Shown in pieces: positions 35,928 to 48,300 of a stretch of DNA of 64,000 nt. The notes beneath the pieces are model-generated. The model had not been told where the DNA came from. It searched no databases and saw nothing but the letters and a program-made list of their open reading frames with translations. The stretch comes from Oopsacas minuta (Eukaryota > Animalia > Porifera), in contig JAKMXF010000022.1 in assembly GCA_024704765.1 (NCBI GenBank), positions 635,055 through 699,054 on the forward strand. Reading direction: 5' to 3'. Position 1 is the stretch's first letter; each line of letters opens with the position of its first letter. A program made the translations under genes and the position numbers.

Positions 35928-38864
35928 ATGGATGAAGCTGAATTATATGACGTCATTATAATTGGAGGAGGGCCAGTAGGGCTCATTATTTCCCTACTGC
36001 TGGAAAAGTACAATCTCTCTGTAGCGGTATTTGATATGAAAATTTCATTTCCAATCATCCCCAAAGCTTTACATTTAAGTCAATGTACTATGGAAATATT
36101 GGCTAAAATCGGTATTTATGATAAAATACTTCAACATTCTCTTTCTAAGGATTATCCCTTTACTATGAAGGCCTCGATTGGAATCACGAAACCACCATTT
36201 TTATATTTCACCATGGATACACGTGAAGAGATTACCAAGGATTTTGATTCTGCAGTTTACCAATTCCAAAATGGAAGAATTTCGAAAGCAGAATCAGTAT
36301 TTCTCCCACAACCCAAGTTAGAAGAATTATTGTTTGAACAAATTCGTAATGAAACTAAGGTTAAATTATTTTTTGGAACAGAAGTTATTAAGTTCTACCA
36401 AGATGGGGATAGTATTGTCGTTCAAGCTAAATCTTTGCAACACGAATCTTCTCCTCGTATTTATCGTTCTAAATATTTGATTGGATGTGATGGAGCCAGG
36501 AGTAGAGTTCGTAAAGAATTGGGAATACATCTTCATGGTGAAGTAGGCCTTCAGAATTTTTTGATGATGTATATAGAGTCAGAGGATGTGTATAATAAAT
36601 TCGAAAATAATCCTAATTCTCATCGGTTTGGAATTAGCACTTCATTTCAAGATGATAGATTTATAATGCTTTTCCATATGCAGCATGACAATAGATTTAC
36701 ATTTCATGCAAGTGGAGGTTCTAGTCGAGATATTTCAGAGATCGTTAAAATGGACAGGAACGAATTGGTGAGGCGCTTCTTAGGTAGAGACATTCGTTTC
36801 GAAGTAATTGACTCATCTGAGTGGCACGCTAATCAGCTGATAGTCACACATTTCTACAAAGGACGTATATTCCTAGCAGGAGACTCTGCTCACGCCTGGA
36901 TTCCTGCTGGTGGGTTTGGACTAAACACAGGGCTACAAGATGCAGTCAATATTTCATGGAAAATAGCAGCTATGTGTCAGGGCTGGTCGGGACCTTATTT
37001 AGCGCCATCTTATCAGGTAGAGCAGAAGACTTATGATTATAACGTAATGAGAATGGTATCACAGGATATTGAACCTTTCCAATTTTCTGTTCTCCCTCTC
37101 TGGATGCGATTATTGACACCATTTGTAAAAATAGGTTTACTACTGTTTCCTAAGAGAATAAGAAATATTGTTAGTCGAGGATTTAAGTTTATAGGTTATC
37201 AGGTTTTAGGTCAGAGACATATTGCTTCTAATATTTGTGTGTTCGAAGAAGATCATACTCAGCGTTTGAAACCATTCGCACATCCTGACTCCGTTGTGAT
37301 AGAGGATCTCCCTGGGTGTCGTGCTCCTCCTATCCTCCTTAGCGACGGGACACAAATCAGGAATGCGAGATACGATACTTTCTTGATACTCAGTTTTGTA
37401 GAGAATTCGAATTTCGGTAATTTAATAAGCCAAGCTTCCACTAGATCAATTCCTGTAGATTATGTTTATGTGAAGAAAGAAACTGATTCAGTTTATAAGA
37501 AGAATTTCTATTTAATCCGTCCTGACAGCTTCATAGCCTGGAGATCAGATCGTATACCTCAGGGTAGAGATATCGGGGATATATTGGATAGAGCAGTAGG
37601 TTGGATTAAGCCTGAGAGATTCAATCCTGTCTATGTGGATTGGAATTGGAAGCATTACCCTAATGCTACCAAAGAGTTATGTATTGTAACTCCTTTAGTA
37701 ATCAGTTGTGTATGGGCATTATCTCTTCCAATGGTTACCATACCTACTCTTATACTAATGTATTGTAGTACTCTATTGTATAGAGTTAAATATCCTAAAA
37801 CTACTCCCAGGAAAGAGATAATGTCAAGACATAGAGCTGTGTTGTGTAACTCTCCAGGTAATCCTCGTGATGTAATGAGTTTAATTTCTAATCGTTCTTG
37901 TCAGATAGAAGCTGATGATATAATCGTTAATGTAAAATCCGCTGCATTACATAATATAGACTATAAACTGTGTCGTGGTTATGCTGCTAACTTGTTGAAT
38001 TTTGTCTTCTCTTTAAGTTATGAGAAAAGATACCCTCTCTTATTAGGGAGAGATTTCTCAGGAGAAGTTGTTGTTGTGGGGTCTAATGTTAAGAATTTTG
38101 TCCCTGGTGATAAAGTGTATGGATGTCGTGACATTTCTTCACAAGGCACATTATCAGAATTTATTTCTGTTAATTCTAATGAACTGAGTTTAATGCCTGA
38201 ATCTATTTCGTATGATCAAGCTGCTTCTCTTCCATATGCCTACTTAAGTGCTGTAAGTGGTTTGAACAGAATTCCAGCTGATTTCCTTAAGGATAAGAAC
38301 GTATTAGTGTGTGATGTAGGTACAGCTACTGGGTTAATTCTAACTCAATTGCTGGTGCATAGAGGTGCTAATGTACATGTTTGGTGTAATGGAGAATTCA
38401 ATGTTGAGTTCTTCACTGCAGGTGCTACTACTGTGTTTCTACTGAGAGAGAAGTTAACAGGCTTAAATTTTTCTAATTTTGTTGCTGTATTCGATATTAA
38501 TGCTGGTGTCAGTGATTTTCCTCCAGCACATTTTACTATAAATAGAGGTACAAGATTGATTAGTTGGACGCGACCAGGTGCTCGTATCATCGAACAATAC
38601 GGACCTGTTTTTGGCACAATCCAGTCTCTACTCACGACTCGGAGTAACATATCCAGTTTTGCTAAATTAGGTGTAACTTTATCTTATGTAAGCTTGAAGG
38701 TAGAATTTAAAGTGTTTGATGAGTTATCTCAAATGATAGAAGGAAAAATAGTGAAACCTCTGAAAGGGAGAATGTTCAATCTATCCGATTCACCTGAAGC
38801 TCTGTCTTGTTTTGAAGATGTAGATTGGATGGGACCAGCTATCATACAAATATCTTGTTATTAA
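35928..38864 (+). CDS. Fusion: FAD-dependent aromatic hydroxylase (FAD_binding_3, PheA/TfdB-like) + hydrophobic hairpin + MDR quinone/enoyl reductase (RTN4IP1-like), intronless, 978 aa
   Basis: GGGPVG, LIGCDGARSRVR, GRIFLAGDSAH, PAGGFGLNTGLQDAVN, PGCRAP and LIRPDSFIAW (aa ~1-560). Hydrophobic segment at aa ~583-620. DIIVNVKSAALHNID, YPLLLGRDFSGEVV, FVPGDKVYG, AASLPYAYLSA (aa ~634-978). Confidence 0.85.
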   Translation: MDEAELYDVIIIGGGPVGLIISLLLEKYNLSVAVFDMKISFPIIPKALHLSQCTMEILAKIGIYDKILQHSLSKDYPFTMKASIGITKPPFLYFTMDTREEITKDFDSAVYQFQNGRISKAESVFLPQPKLEELLFEQIRNETKVKLFFGTEVIKFYQDGDSIVVQAKSLQHESSPRIYRSKYLIGCDGARSRVRKELGIHLHGEVGLQNFLMMYIESEDVYNKFENNPNSHRFGISTSFQDDRFIMLFHMQHDNRFTFHASGGSSRDISEIVKMDRNELVRRFLGRDIRFEVIDSSEWHANQLIVTHFYKGRIFLAGDSAHAWIPAGGFGLNTGLQDAVNISWKIAAMCQGWSGPYLAPSYQVEQKTYDYNVMRMVSQDIEPFQFSVLPLWMRLLTPFVKIGLLLFPKRIRNIVSRGFKFIGYQVLGQRHIASNICVFEEDHTQRLKPFAHPDSVVIEDLPGCRAPPILLSDGTQIRNARYDTFLILSFVENSNFGNLISQASTRSIPVDYVYVKKETDSVYKKNFYLIRPDSFIAWRSDRIPQGRDIGDILDRAVGWIKPERFNPVYVDWNWKHYPNATKELCIVTPLVISCVWALSLPMVTIPTLILMYCSTLLYRVKYPKTTPRKEIMSRHRAVLCNSPGNPRDVMSLISNRSCQIEADDIIVNVKSAALHNIDYKLCRGYAANLLNFVFSLSYEKRYPLLLGRDFSGEVVVVGSNVKNFVPGDKVYGCRDISSQGTLSEFISVNSNELSLMPESISYDQAASLPYAYLSAVSGLNRIPADFLKDKNVLVCDVGTATGLILTQLLVHRGANVHVWCNGEFNVEFFTAGATTVFLLREKLTGLNFSNFVAVFDINAGVSDFPPAHFTINRGTRLISWTRPGARIIEQYGPVFGTIQSLLTTRSNISSFAKLGVTLSYVSLKVEFKVFDELSQMIEGKIVKPLKGRMFNLSDSPEALSCFEDVDWMGPAIIQISCY

Positions 38865-39355
38865 TTATTCAAGTTATCAACCATATGGTTAGATTTATCA
38901 TCATATCAGCATTGTCAGTATAATATTATTGAGGATATGTGAGAATTATTATAATGTATTATTGTTTTGATATTCTTCTTTTTATTCATTTATGGTATCA
39001 TTTGGTTACAGATAATTGGCGAGTAGGCTGACCATACTCACCAAATGGTAAAGGATGTAGTTTTATCAAAGTTTTATCCTCCGTCACAGTAGATACATAA
39101 TTTCATTTCTACCTGGTATATTCCCTATTGCATATTTTATAATACAAACTAAACTACAAATATATATTCATCTTGTATATGTAGGTATTTAGCAAGTGGA
39201 TTTCTAATCAGTTATTTGGCAATCTCTAAAGGTGAATCAGATTTCTAAGCTGCAACCTAATAGCTGACAAAGCTATTCGTATCTCTATAAGAGCCTTTTT
39301 GTTAGTAGTTTTAACACTTTTCTATTTTATTCTCTTCAACTAAATCAGTTATAAT

Positions 39356-42300
39356 ATGACAGAAGTTCTACCCCTTCCTGACAGATGGGCTGAGTACACT
39401 AGCAGACAAGAATCTATAGCTAATGAGTAAGTACAATAAACTCTCGTTACAACGAATTGCTCGGCATCCAGGTTTCATCTCGTTATAAGCGGTTTGTCAT
39501 TGTAAACGGAGTAAAAGCGATTACTTTACATCTATAGGGGGTAAAGAATCACTTCTTTAAAACGGAAGTTCCGTTATATCTGACTTGACGGAAGTTTACT
39601 ATATTGCATTTCGTTAACTAATGACAATTATTCAAAGCAATGCGAAACGATTTTGCATAGTGTAAACTTCGAAAAATGCTACTTCATTTTCCTCGTTTCC
39701 ACTGCCCCCTTTATGAGGTTTACTGTATGGAAATGAATAACATTTATACATTTCATACACACAGTTGCAAATCTCTACCCTGAAATGTTTGTACATATTA
39801 TGTATCAAATTTCGTGTTAATCGAACAGTTATAGTGACGTACTCACGTACGGATGTCAGAATTGATTCATGCAATATCTCCCTATATGAGTTGTAGTAAT
39901 AATTTCCAATGGTAATGTATTGTACGTCATCGTTTACATTCAATATTTTAGTGAGGAAAAGAAGTCAGCATGGACACAGAATGGTCATACTAATAAGCCT
40001 CATATTATTGGTGAGTTGTCAGAGTAAAATCTATTAGTTTATTGTTTCTCTCCAACTTCTGAACCTGTAATATAACTGTAACTTAGGTTATTTATATTTG
40101 ATTCATTTGTAAGGGTTAGAACTCAACTTAGAAGTGTTGATTTTTATTTTAGCAAACCGCAGTTGACTACCCTGCTGGAGTATTTTAGTACATATATTTA
40201 AAATCCTTACTATTCCTCTACCCTACCTACAATCTGAATAAATGTATAGAATTGCTAAAGTATTATTTTTAGATACTTTGTTAATTAAGTTACACCATGA
40301 CATTACTATTCCTGAGCTATAGATATAAAGCTCCTGATGAATTGAACATATTCCTACCCTCTCCATAAATCTAGTCTATCATTTAAACTATTAGCCCCTC
40401 CTATATGTCTCTCTAGTACAGCTGTGACCTGGTACAGCCAGTACAGCTCTCATTTATAGGAGTAGGATATCTTGCAGTTACTGGTTTATTCGCTTACGTA
40501 TTCACTCATGACTATCCTTTTGCATAGACGTGATATATATGTATCAAATTGCAATATATTCTTGGTGGCAAATTGTAAAGCTCTGTACCTAGTGTTAGGA
40601 GAAAGGAGTTATTGTTAGAGTACTAGTATTTATTAGTATTTTAAGAATTTTATATTTAATCTCAGAATAAATGCTTTATTTTACTTACAATATCAGATGG
40701 TTATAGTATCCGTCACTAATCACGAATTAATTGATATTAATCTTATATGAACAATGTAGTGTCAGATTGCCTATATGACCAATAAAATTGTGGAAATGAC
40801 CTAAATATCATGACTGGGAAACATACAAATATTAATAGGAGACTTTGTTAGAGGAAATGTTCTTGATTGTGATGTTTCCGGTCCGATCACAGTCGCTAAG
40901 TTTGTAGCATGTTGCAACACTAATTCGATTAGATTGGATTGATTGGGTTGGAATCTTTATATTAACACATTTTACTATCAGTATATATTATTTATTTATT
41001 TTAAATATTTTTACAATTTTCTTTATTTTAGTTGATAAGTCAGAATCCATTGATTCAAGATTTTACGAAAAAGTTGACTCTAGATCTGGGTAAGTTGTAA
41101 AACTTCCCGCATGATTAGTTTATTGCAATCTAGTTACTCTAGTATGCTGACATTCTCAGATAAGTTATGTAAAACTTCAATCTATTTATCATTATTCATT
41201 TAGTTCTCCTTCTTCAATGATTAGTGACACCATAGTGAGTTATAGTTTCATAAGTATTTATACCTATATTGTATAATACGTTATACGTGATCTATTTTAA
41301 CGTATTATACGTCGAGGTTAAGTTCGAGATTTTTACATTGTTAGACTTGTATAAGTCACATTATTATCAAGAATTAGATAATTTGGTCAACTATGTTGAG
41401 ATTTCTCATTAACAATTCGAGAGCTACTGTTTTGATGCAAAATATTTATTAGGCAGATATCAGCCTAATAGAAATTACGTCACCAAAAATTGTAGATTGA
41501 ACGTATAATACGTATCATACGTATCATACGTAATACATCTTCATTGAAACACGTATTAAACACTCATTTTACTATTAATACAAACTGTAAATATTCAAAT
41601 CAAGATTAAAGTATGTTTTAGAGACATAATTATATTTCCAGATAGAACTCTTTTGGTGATAGGAATTTATTAAATTCACATTTATCGCTCAGCTGGGGTT
41701 GATAGTATCGCTGACTAAATCTCCCGATTGTGGAATTGGTTCGTCCAATGATTACCAACTTTGAATAATACTAATTTACATTTATATCAAGGAATTTGTG
41801 TAATATATTCAACTCCTAATTAGCAGTATCGATATATCAAACTTCTATTGTTTAATCCATCTCTCATCTCTTTACAGATAATTCCGAAATAAATCAGTTT
41901 AGTCTTTCCCTTTACGGAATTATTCCTATTTGATATTGATAATGTCAAAGTTCATAATTCGTGAATGTATTAATTTCTGAGGTAATTCTGTTATCTTATG
42001 TTTCCTAGCTTATTTGTATTCTATTTTATTGTTAACTACATGTGATAGGCCCCAATGTGTCTGTTCTTATTTATTTTTATTCTATATTCTCCTGGCTAAA
42101 GTATTATACAATTTGAAATATTTTCTTTTACTTTGGAGAATGGAATTTGATTATCTTTGAATAATTATATATTATCCAATTACTCACTCACATTATTCAG
42201 AATCTGCGTTTTTTCGGTCAAACCAGATAGTTTTAACCGGCTTTAAACTGTCCTATCCAAAATCTATAGTGAACAAATCTATATAGAATGCGTTCTACAA

Positions 42301-45300
42301 GCTTTATACTAACCAGATATATAATTTTCCCTATCAATTATTAGCTGACTCATAATTATGTCAGTACCTTATAAGTATGTTTGAACAATCTCGAATATCT
42401 TCACAAACAAGTATTATAAATTTGTCTCTTTTACATACAATACATTTCTTCTGCTTAGTTAACATTTCTATTCCCATTTGCTTCTAGAGCATCTCTGAAT
42501 TTGATCCAACAATTAAGAATATGACGTAAGTTTATCATGTAATCATGTAATCATGTAATCATGTACTTAGAGCTATCATAGAATTTCAAATCTTGATTGT
42601 GATTTTTATTTAAATTTTTAGGCAATCACTTTGCCCTCAAGGCAAATCCATAATTTCAGGCTATCTATACAAAAAGGTTATTATACGATAATTATGTATT
42701 TTTATTATATTTGTATTAGCTATTTGTATAGTGAATGTTGGAATATATTTGTTGATCCTTTTAGAATTGTCAATAATTCTCCATAACTCTGCCGTTATAT
42801 ACAATTATGTCTCTAGGGTGTAAAGTCAAAAATGTGGATGAAGCGTTGGTACACACTTTCAGATTACACACTCTTCTGTTTTAAAAGTACGTATGCTACA
42901 ATATTTATTGACGCTATCTCTCTTAGAAATGTGTATTATTTTAAAACAAATATACTGTAGATCCAAAAGATACACAACTTTTACGTGCAATCCCATTACC
43001 AAGCTTCTCAGTTTCTGTGTTGACCCCAGATTCCAAAATCAGAAAGAAACATGGTTTTAAGGTAAATAGGTTAATTCATTGTATTTATTCAGTGATTACC
43101 CAAAGAATTACGAATTTCATTGTTTTATATTTATTATTATTGACTAGGTTTATAAAAAGCAGCTACGTACACATTATTTTGCTGCTGAGACAGAAGCAGA
43201 AATGCTTGACTGGGTTCAAGAAATATCCTCCGCGTGCAATTTACTATCTGGGTTTGTGATTTTTAATAATTTTCAGTTTTTTCAATTCTAATACCTCAAA
43301 AAACTGTCGTACTAAACCTACAAAATTTTAAAATTACATATAACGAGCCTTTGACTCTCTGGCATAGTTGTTTCACGACAGATGATTACTTTATAAATTA
43401 TCCACCAATTTTTTTAGTAGTTATTTGGCCAGTGAGTAATAATTTTGGTTCATACTTACTACATGTTACAAATACATCATCTGCTATATACAAAAATTAC
43501 AAATCTCGATCTAGATCGAACAAACAATATTATCGAGATTTAGAGATTTTATCTGATCTATTTTATATAGAACTGATACAGCAAGTCTAGCTTCTGGTAA
43601 GTTCATTTATACGTAATTATGTATTTATCCAATAAATGTCAAACAGTTTACATCCATTATCTCGAACCGTAAGGGGTAATACAAATATGTTCCAGATAGC
43701 CCGCATTAGGAGGCATTACCATTATATTGTGTTAATTAGTTAATTAAATAATAACATTTAAATATCCATCATTTCCATCATTTCTTTCAAATTTTCACTC
43801 TTCAGTCTCTCCTTGAGAGCTTTCATTTTTAATCGTCTTTTCTTATTTTTCTTTGCACTCGTATTAATCCTATTAACCCTCCTTATTTCCTCTTTACTTT
43901 GTACCTTTTTCAAGTCGCTCAGATACTTTCTACTCTCCACCAGCCTTATAAACACACCCCCAATACTTCTACGTGTCCCCTCTTGGGTCAGCATTCCCCC
44001 TTTTTCCTCTAATTCCAGTGTATCTTGTACTAATTGTATAGCATGCTTTTTCCCGATACAATTGACTATGCTTTCTATAATCGGCACATTTTTTTCATTG
44101 AACCTTGCGCATATACTCTTAGTTAGCATGTTTGTGTCCATCTCACTCGATTTTAAAGAGTTAATAAATTCTGTACCATCGATTTTATCTTCTGTTGCAC
44201 ATTTCTCGTTCAAACTATTTCCATCTATCAGGTCGCAAAAAGGATTATCTTTATCACCACTCAATTCTTCGCGAAATTCGTCACTAATCATCATTGTTAT
44301 TTCATCTTCAGGATACTCACATGCCATGATTAACTTGTTTATAAATTATTGCTTTTGCTCAACTAGATACCCTGAATGCAAAATATTGAATTGGTCTGAT
44401 TATATTACTTCTGTTCTTCCTTATTGATAATTACAAATTACAGTTAATTAGAGAATTACGGATAAGGTGTACTACTTCTTTCAACCGAAAAATTTAACTC
44501 TCATTTGTATTAAATACAAATCTCTATTCGGATAAGACGTAGGAGGTACGTCTTATCCGAGATTCCAAGTTCCACTATATTCCGTTAATTACAAGAATAA
44601 GCATTACAGGTAAACTGAGAAGATGAGGCATCATTGTATTGGGAGAAACCGCTTGGTTCCATATCCGCATGTATTATCAGCAAAGGGAAGCCAATCAGTG
44701 AATATAACACTAGGGTGTGCCACGTCTGGGTTGTCTGCCGCATTTACAAGTACGATTAATTCCTACAAATTACTTACGTAATTATAATATTATCACAGCT
44801 GAGAATGTGCTGATTTAATTTAGCACTGCCGACTGACTAGTTCTGTATCAGAGTATGGCATTTTCGGTGATTTATATTCCCTAAAATTACTGATTGTTGT
44901 TATTTGCAACGGAGAGAGACAGTTGTGTACAGAGACATTTATGTACAAAGCTAGTGCGACGTTTGTGTACAAATATTTTTGTACTTGCCTTTTGTAAGTG
45001 CCTGGAGGAGTGGGTAGAGGGCTCACTGGCTTAGTATCACTGTACAGTGGAATCTCTTTAAATGGGGGAGCATGGAACGGGGAAAACCTGACTTGCTCCA
45101 CATTTCCCGGTTATAATTTGCATTATGAAGTGCATGTTTATCAAATTGCTCGTCTATCAAGTGTGTTAATGTAAGTATTACACTTTTGGGATGAGTGTAG
45201 GTGTTAAGAATCAACAATTGGATATGAAACAGAAAAAAATATATAAAATTTTTACCATCCTGAGCACCCTTAGATTTTTCAGTCAATTTGTGTAGTAATA

Positions 45301-48300
45301 TAAATAAGGATAAAAATAGAGGGAAAATGATCTCTACTCCCCCAATTATAGAGGTCATTTTGTATGAGAATAATAACTTCTGGAAACTCTAGGTCCCCCG
45401 TTCCCCACCTCCCCGTTTATTGAGGGTAATTTGTATGGAAATGAACTAAGATGGTCTAAAATTCCCTCACTTATGGAGGTTCTACTCTATCAGTAATACT
45501 TGATAAACTGTAACTGTAACAAATCAACGTGATAAGTCATTTATTTAAATATCATTGTAAGGATCAATACCTAATACCTATACTACAGAAATAGTAATGG
45601 CGGTAATACTAATTCTAAAATGGAGATGCTAACAATACTGAAAGATTTGATAATTAAAGGGACACCTTAAAAGCAATACTTTTAAGGTAGGTATGGATAG
45701 GCCTCGTGTGATAGCTCATTACTAATCTAGCTAATGTGAATTCCCTTTCCAGTGATTTTTTAGACTTGTTCGGTGGTCGGTGGCATGCCTTAATAATACT
45801 GTGCTTGTTTAAGTTCCATGCTTGATTGTTCTATTTTTAGAGTTTCACAAAACTTCCAAAAGTTAGGATGGTGAGATGCAACCGTTGATGAGAAGGCATG
45901 ATGCCAAGCTTCAACTAAATTTGTTGTAGTAGGTATCCCATATGCCACCAGATGGTAATTGTTCCACATTGGAATTGGAAATAATGGTGGATGATAAAGT
46001 CCGTGTTCATTTTTTTTTCCAACATAGGTGTCTTGAAAATATATATACACTCCATTGTTGTTTACCATTTGATTCACGTTGGAAATTGAAAATATAGCCA
46101 CTGTATGACAGTTAATCCCGGCCTTTCGATGATTTTATTAGTTTATTATTTATAGTTGTTACATCAATTGCTTCGGAGGAATTGTCGATTGAAGAGTTAA
46201 TGTTTTCTTATTGTGGGTCATTCTCAGATAAAAAGTTAGCGCTATCCATGGCCATTGGCATGTCTTGAATGATATTATCCAGATTAACCATTACATTTTG
46301 CAATTCTATTGCATTCTTTCTAACCTCTCTATGTAAGATGTCAGTTTGTTGTTGCCTACCGTGGCAATAATTGTGGCAATCTGACAACTTCTCCAGTATT
46401 TCTACATTATCAATGAATGTGATATCATCTTCTCCTGTCCACGTTAGTATTCCTCAACATTCTTGAAAATCTCCCCAATTTATCAATTCCACCTTTAAAC
46501 TTTGAGTAGTCAATTTGAATCTGAAACCAGCTATGAGACTTGGTGTAGCAAAGGGTTACAAAAAAGTATTATTTAGTCCATGCAAAATTTGTTGGAGACC
46601 GAGTATAACTTCTATATTTCGAAAAGGAATAAGAATCGTTATGAGCACTTCTAACGGTTTTTCCATCAGCTCGGAAATTAGTAGAGTATCATTACAATTT
46701 AAAGAATTCGGAAGCGCAATTTCATTGAGAAAAATTCGTTTATTCGCCAAAAATAAATGCCAAGGAATAATTAAGTAATCCATCAAGCAAAATATATTAA
46801 AGAATACTAAGTGAAATGTTATTATTTACTAGTGCTGTACTATTATTCCATATTTATGAAGTATGGCTATTTTATTTGTACACAAACGTCGCACTAACTT
46901 TGTACACAAATGTCTCTGTACACAAAAGTCATACTCCTATTTGCAAAGATATATAACTCAGCTGTTGTATTTGTAATTAAATTATTAGTCATGTTTAATT
47001 ACACCATTTATTAGATTATTTTATGTCCATAATTTCCCTTAGAATCAACAGATCTTGCTCGATCTGTTTCTTACACAAACAACAGAAACAACCGATTCAG
47101 ATCAACTACTGATACCAAACCATCAAGAAGTGAATTCATAAGACACGGATCTCTGATGTTGAAAAGTTCTCAAGGTACATGTAATAAATACACTAGAGTT
47201 AATTTCGATCATAAATCTGAATTGTTTGTCCGTTGTCATGGAGGATTAATGGTATACTACTTTGAATTTGAATTTCGCAATTGCGAAATATCGTATGCAT
47301 TTAGCGTACGAAGAAAGTAAACAGAATTAAATATTTACATTATTGATTAACTTGAAAGTACAGAATTCAGGTTCATTAATCTGTGTAGCTTTATCTACGT
47401 TATTAAACGATTTTGAGTGTTTAGAAATCCATGCGAACACCAAGAGCAAGCGAAGCACGCTTTTTTAAGAATAGAGAAGCATATTCGTTATATATACAAG
47501 TCCCTCTTTTTTAGATGATCTCTGTGATCAAACTGATAGCTCCAACTCGAAATTACTTATAGGAACAAACACAATGGCTTGGAGGAAGGACCCTAACCGA
47601 GGCATGGTATTGTGTTAACTAATTTACTATAACTTTATTATATAATAGTACTGTCAATGACAAATTTCTTATTATTTCTGCTTTTTATATTTATTTAAAA
47701 ACTAGTTAATGTGACTTTCACTAGATACCAGACAAGTTACAAAAGATGAGCGTAGACTCTGGTGTCCTACTAAAAGGACAAGCTTATGAACGAGAAAGAA
47801 TCATAACAGATGTGCGAAAAAGCGCATCTTCCTTCGAATTAAGATTGTTGAACGAAAATTCAGAAACCGTTCCGCAACCCCAGATTCAGCAAACACAGGT
47901 GAGAGTAGTAATTTATCCAAAATTACAGTACCATGATGGAATGACATTTTTTGGATAACTATTTTGATTGGGTGTGAGGGAAATAGGAATAATATTTACA
48001 TATTCTTGTTCTCTTCAGTCTAAATACGCTGGATTCACAGAAAATAATTTGAACGAAAATTCGGTAAGTTGACATATTCAAGTACTCGTTATTTGTAAAA
48101 TATTTTGCCTTTTAATTCCGCGCTTTCTTTGATATCTTTTAGAAAGAAGATCTAGTGAGAATTGTATTAATGTTAGTTAATGAATTAAATGTAACGAATA
48201 CTGAGAAACTAAGATATAAGAAAAGAATGGAGAAACACAAATCAACCTTAATTGACCTCAAAACAAGGTAGACTAGTACTTTATGATGCAATTGGATATC

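Noticed and set aside
35928-38864. Bacterial contaminant explanation for the monooxygenase ORF
   Set aside because: It is 144 bp from a spliced animal gene, has similar AT-richness to its neighbours, has a splice-acceptor-like site upstream, and has no bacterial operon context.
39632-39943. 103-aa minus-strand ORF and nearby CGGAAGT (ETS-like) sites
   Set aside because: No domain motifs. The CGGAAGT sites fall inside a MITE-like element, so a promoter role is unsupported.
43813-44427. 204-aa hydrophobic + strand ORF
   Set aside because: Antisense shadow of the Lys/Glu-rich PHAX gene. The same applies to other short ORFs overlapping EEFSEC, ASAH2, CYB5R, VPS16, SDHA, SREK1, MAK16 and the NHL genes.
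44528-44560. Perfect 14-bp hairpin as an ncRNA, terminator or Helitron end
   Set aside because: Its flank matches the TACAGTAGAACTCGGATAA...GTACCTCCT MITE end at ~33466, so it is most simply a Tc1-like MITE remnant. No CTRR terminus follows.
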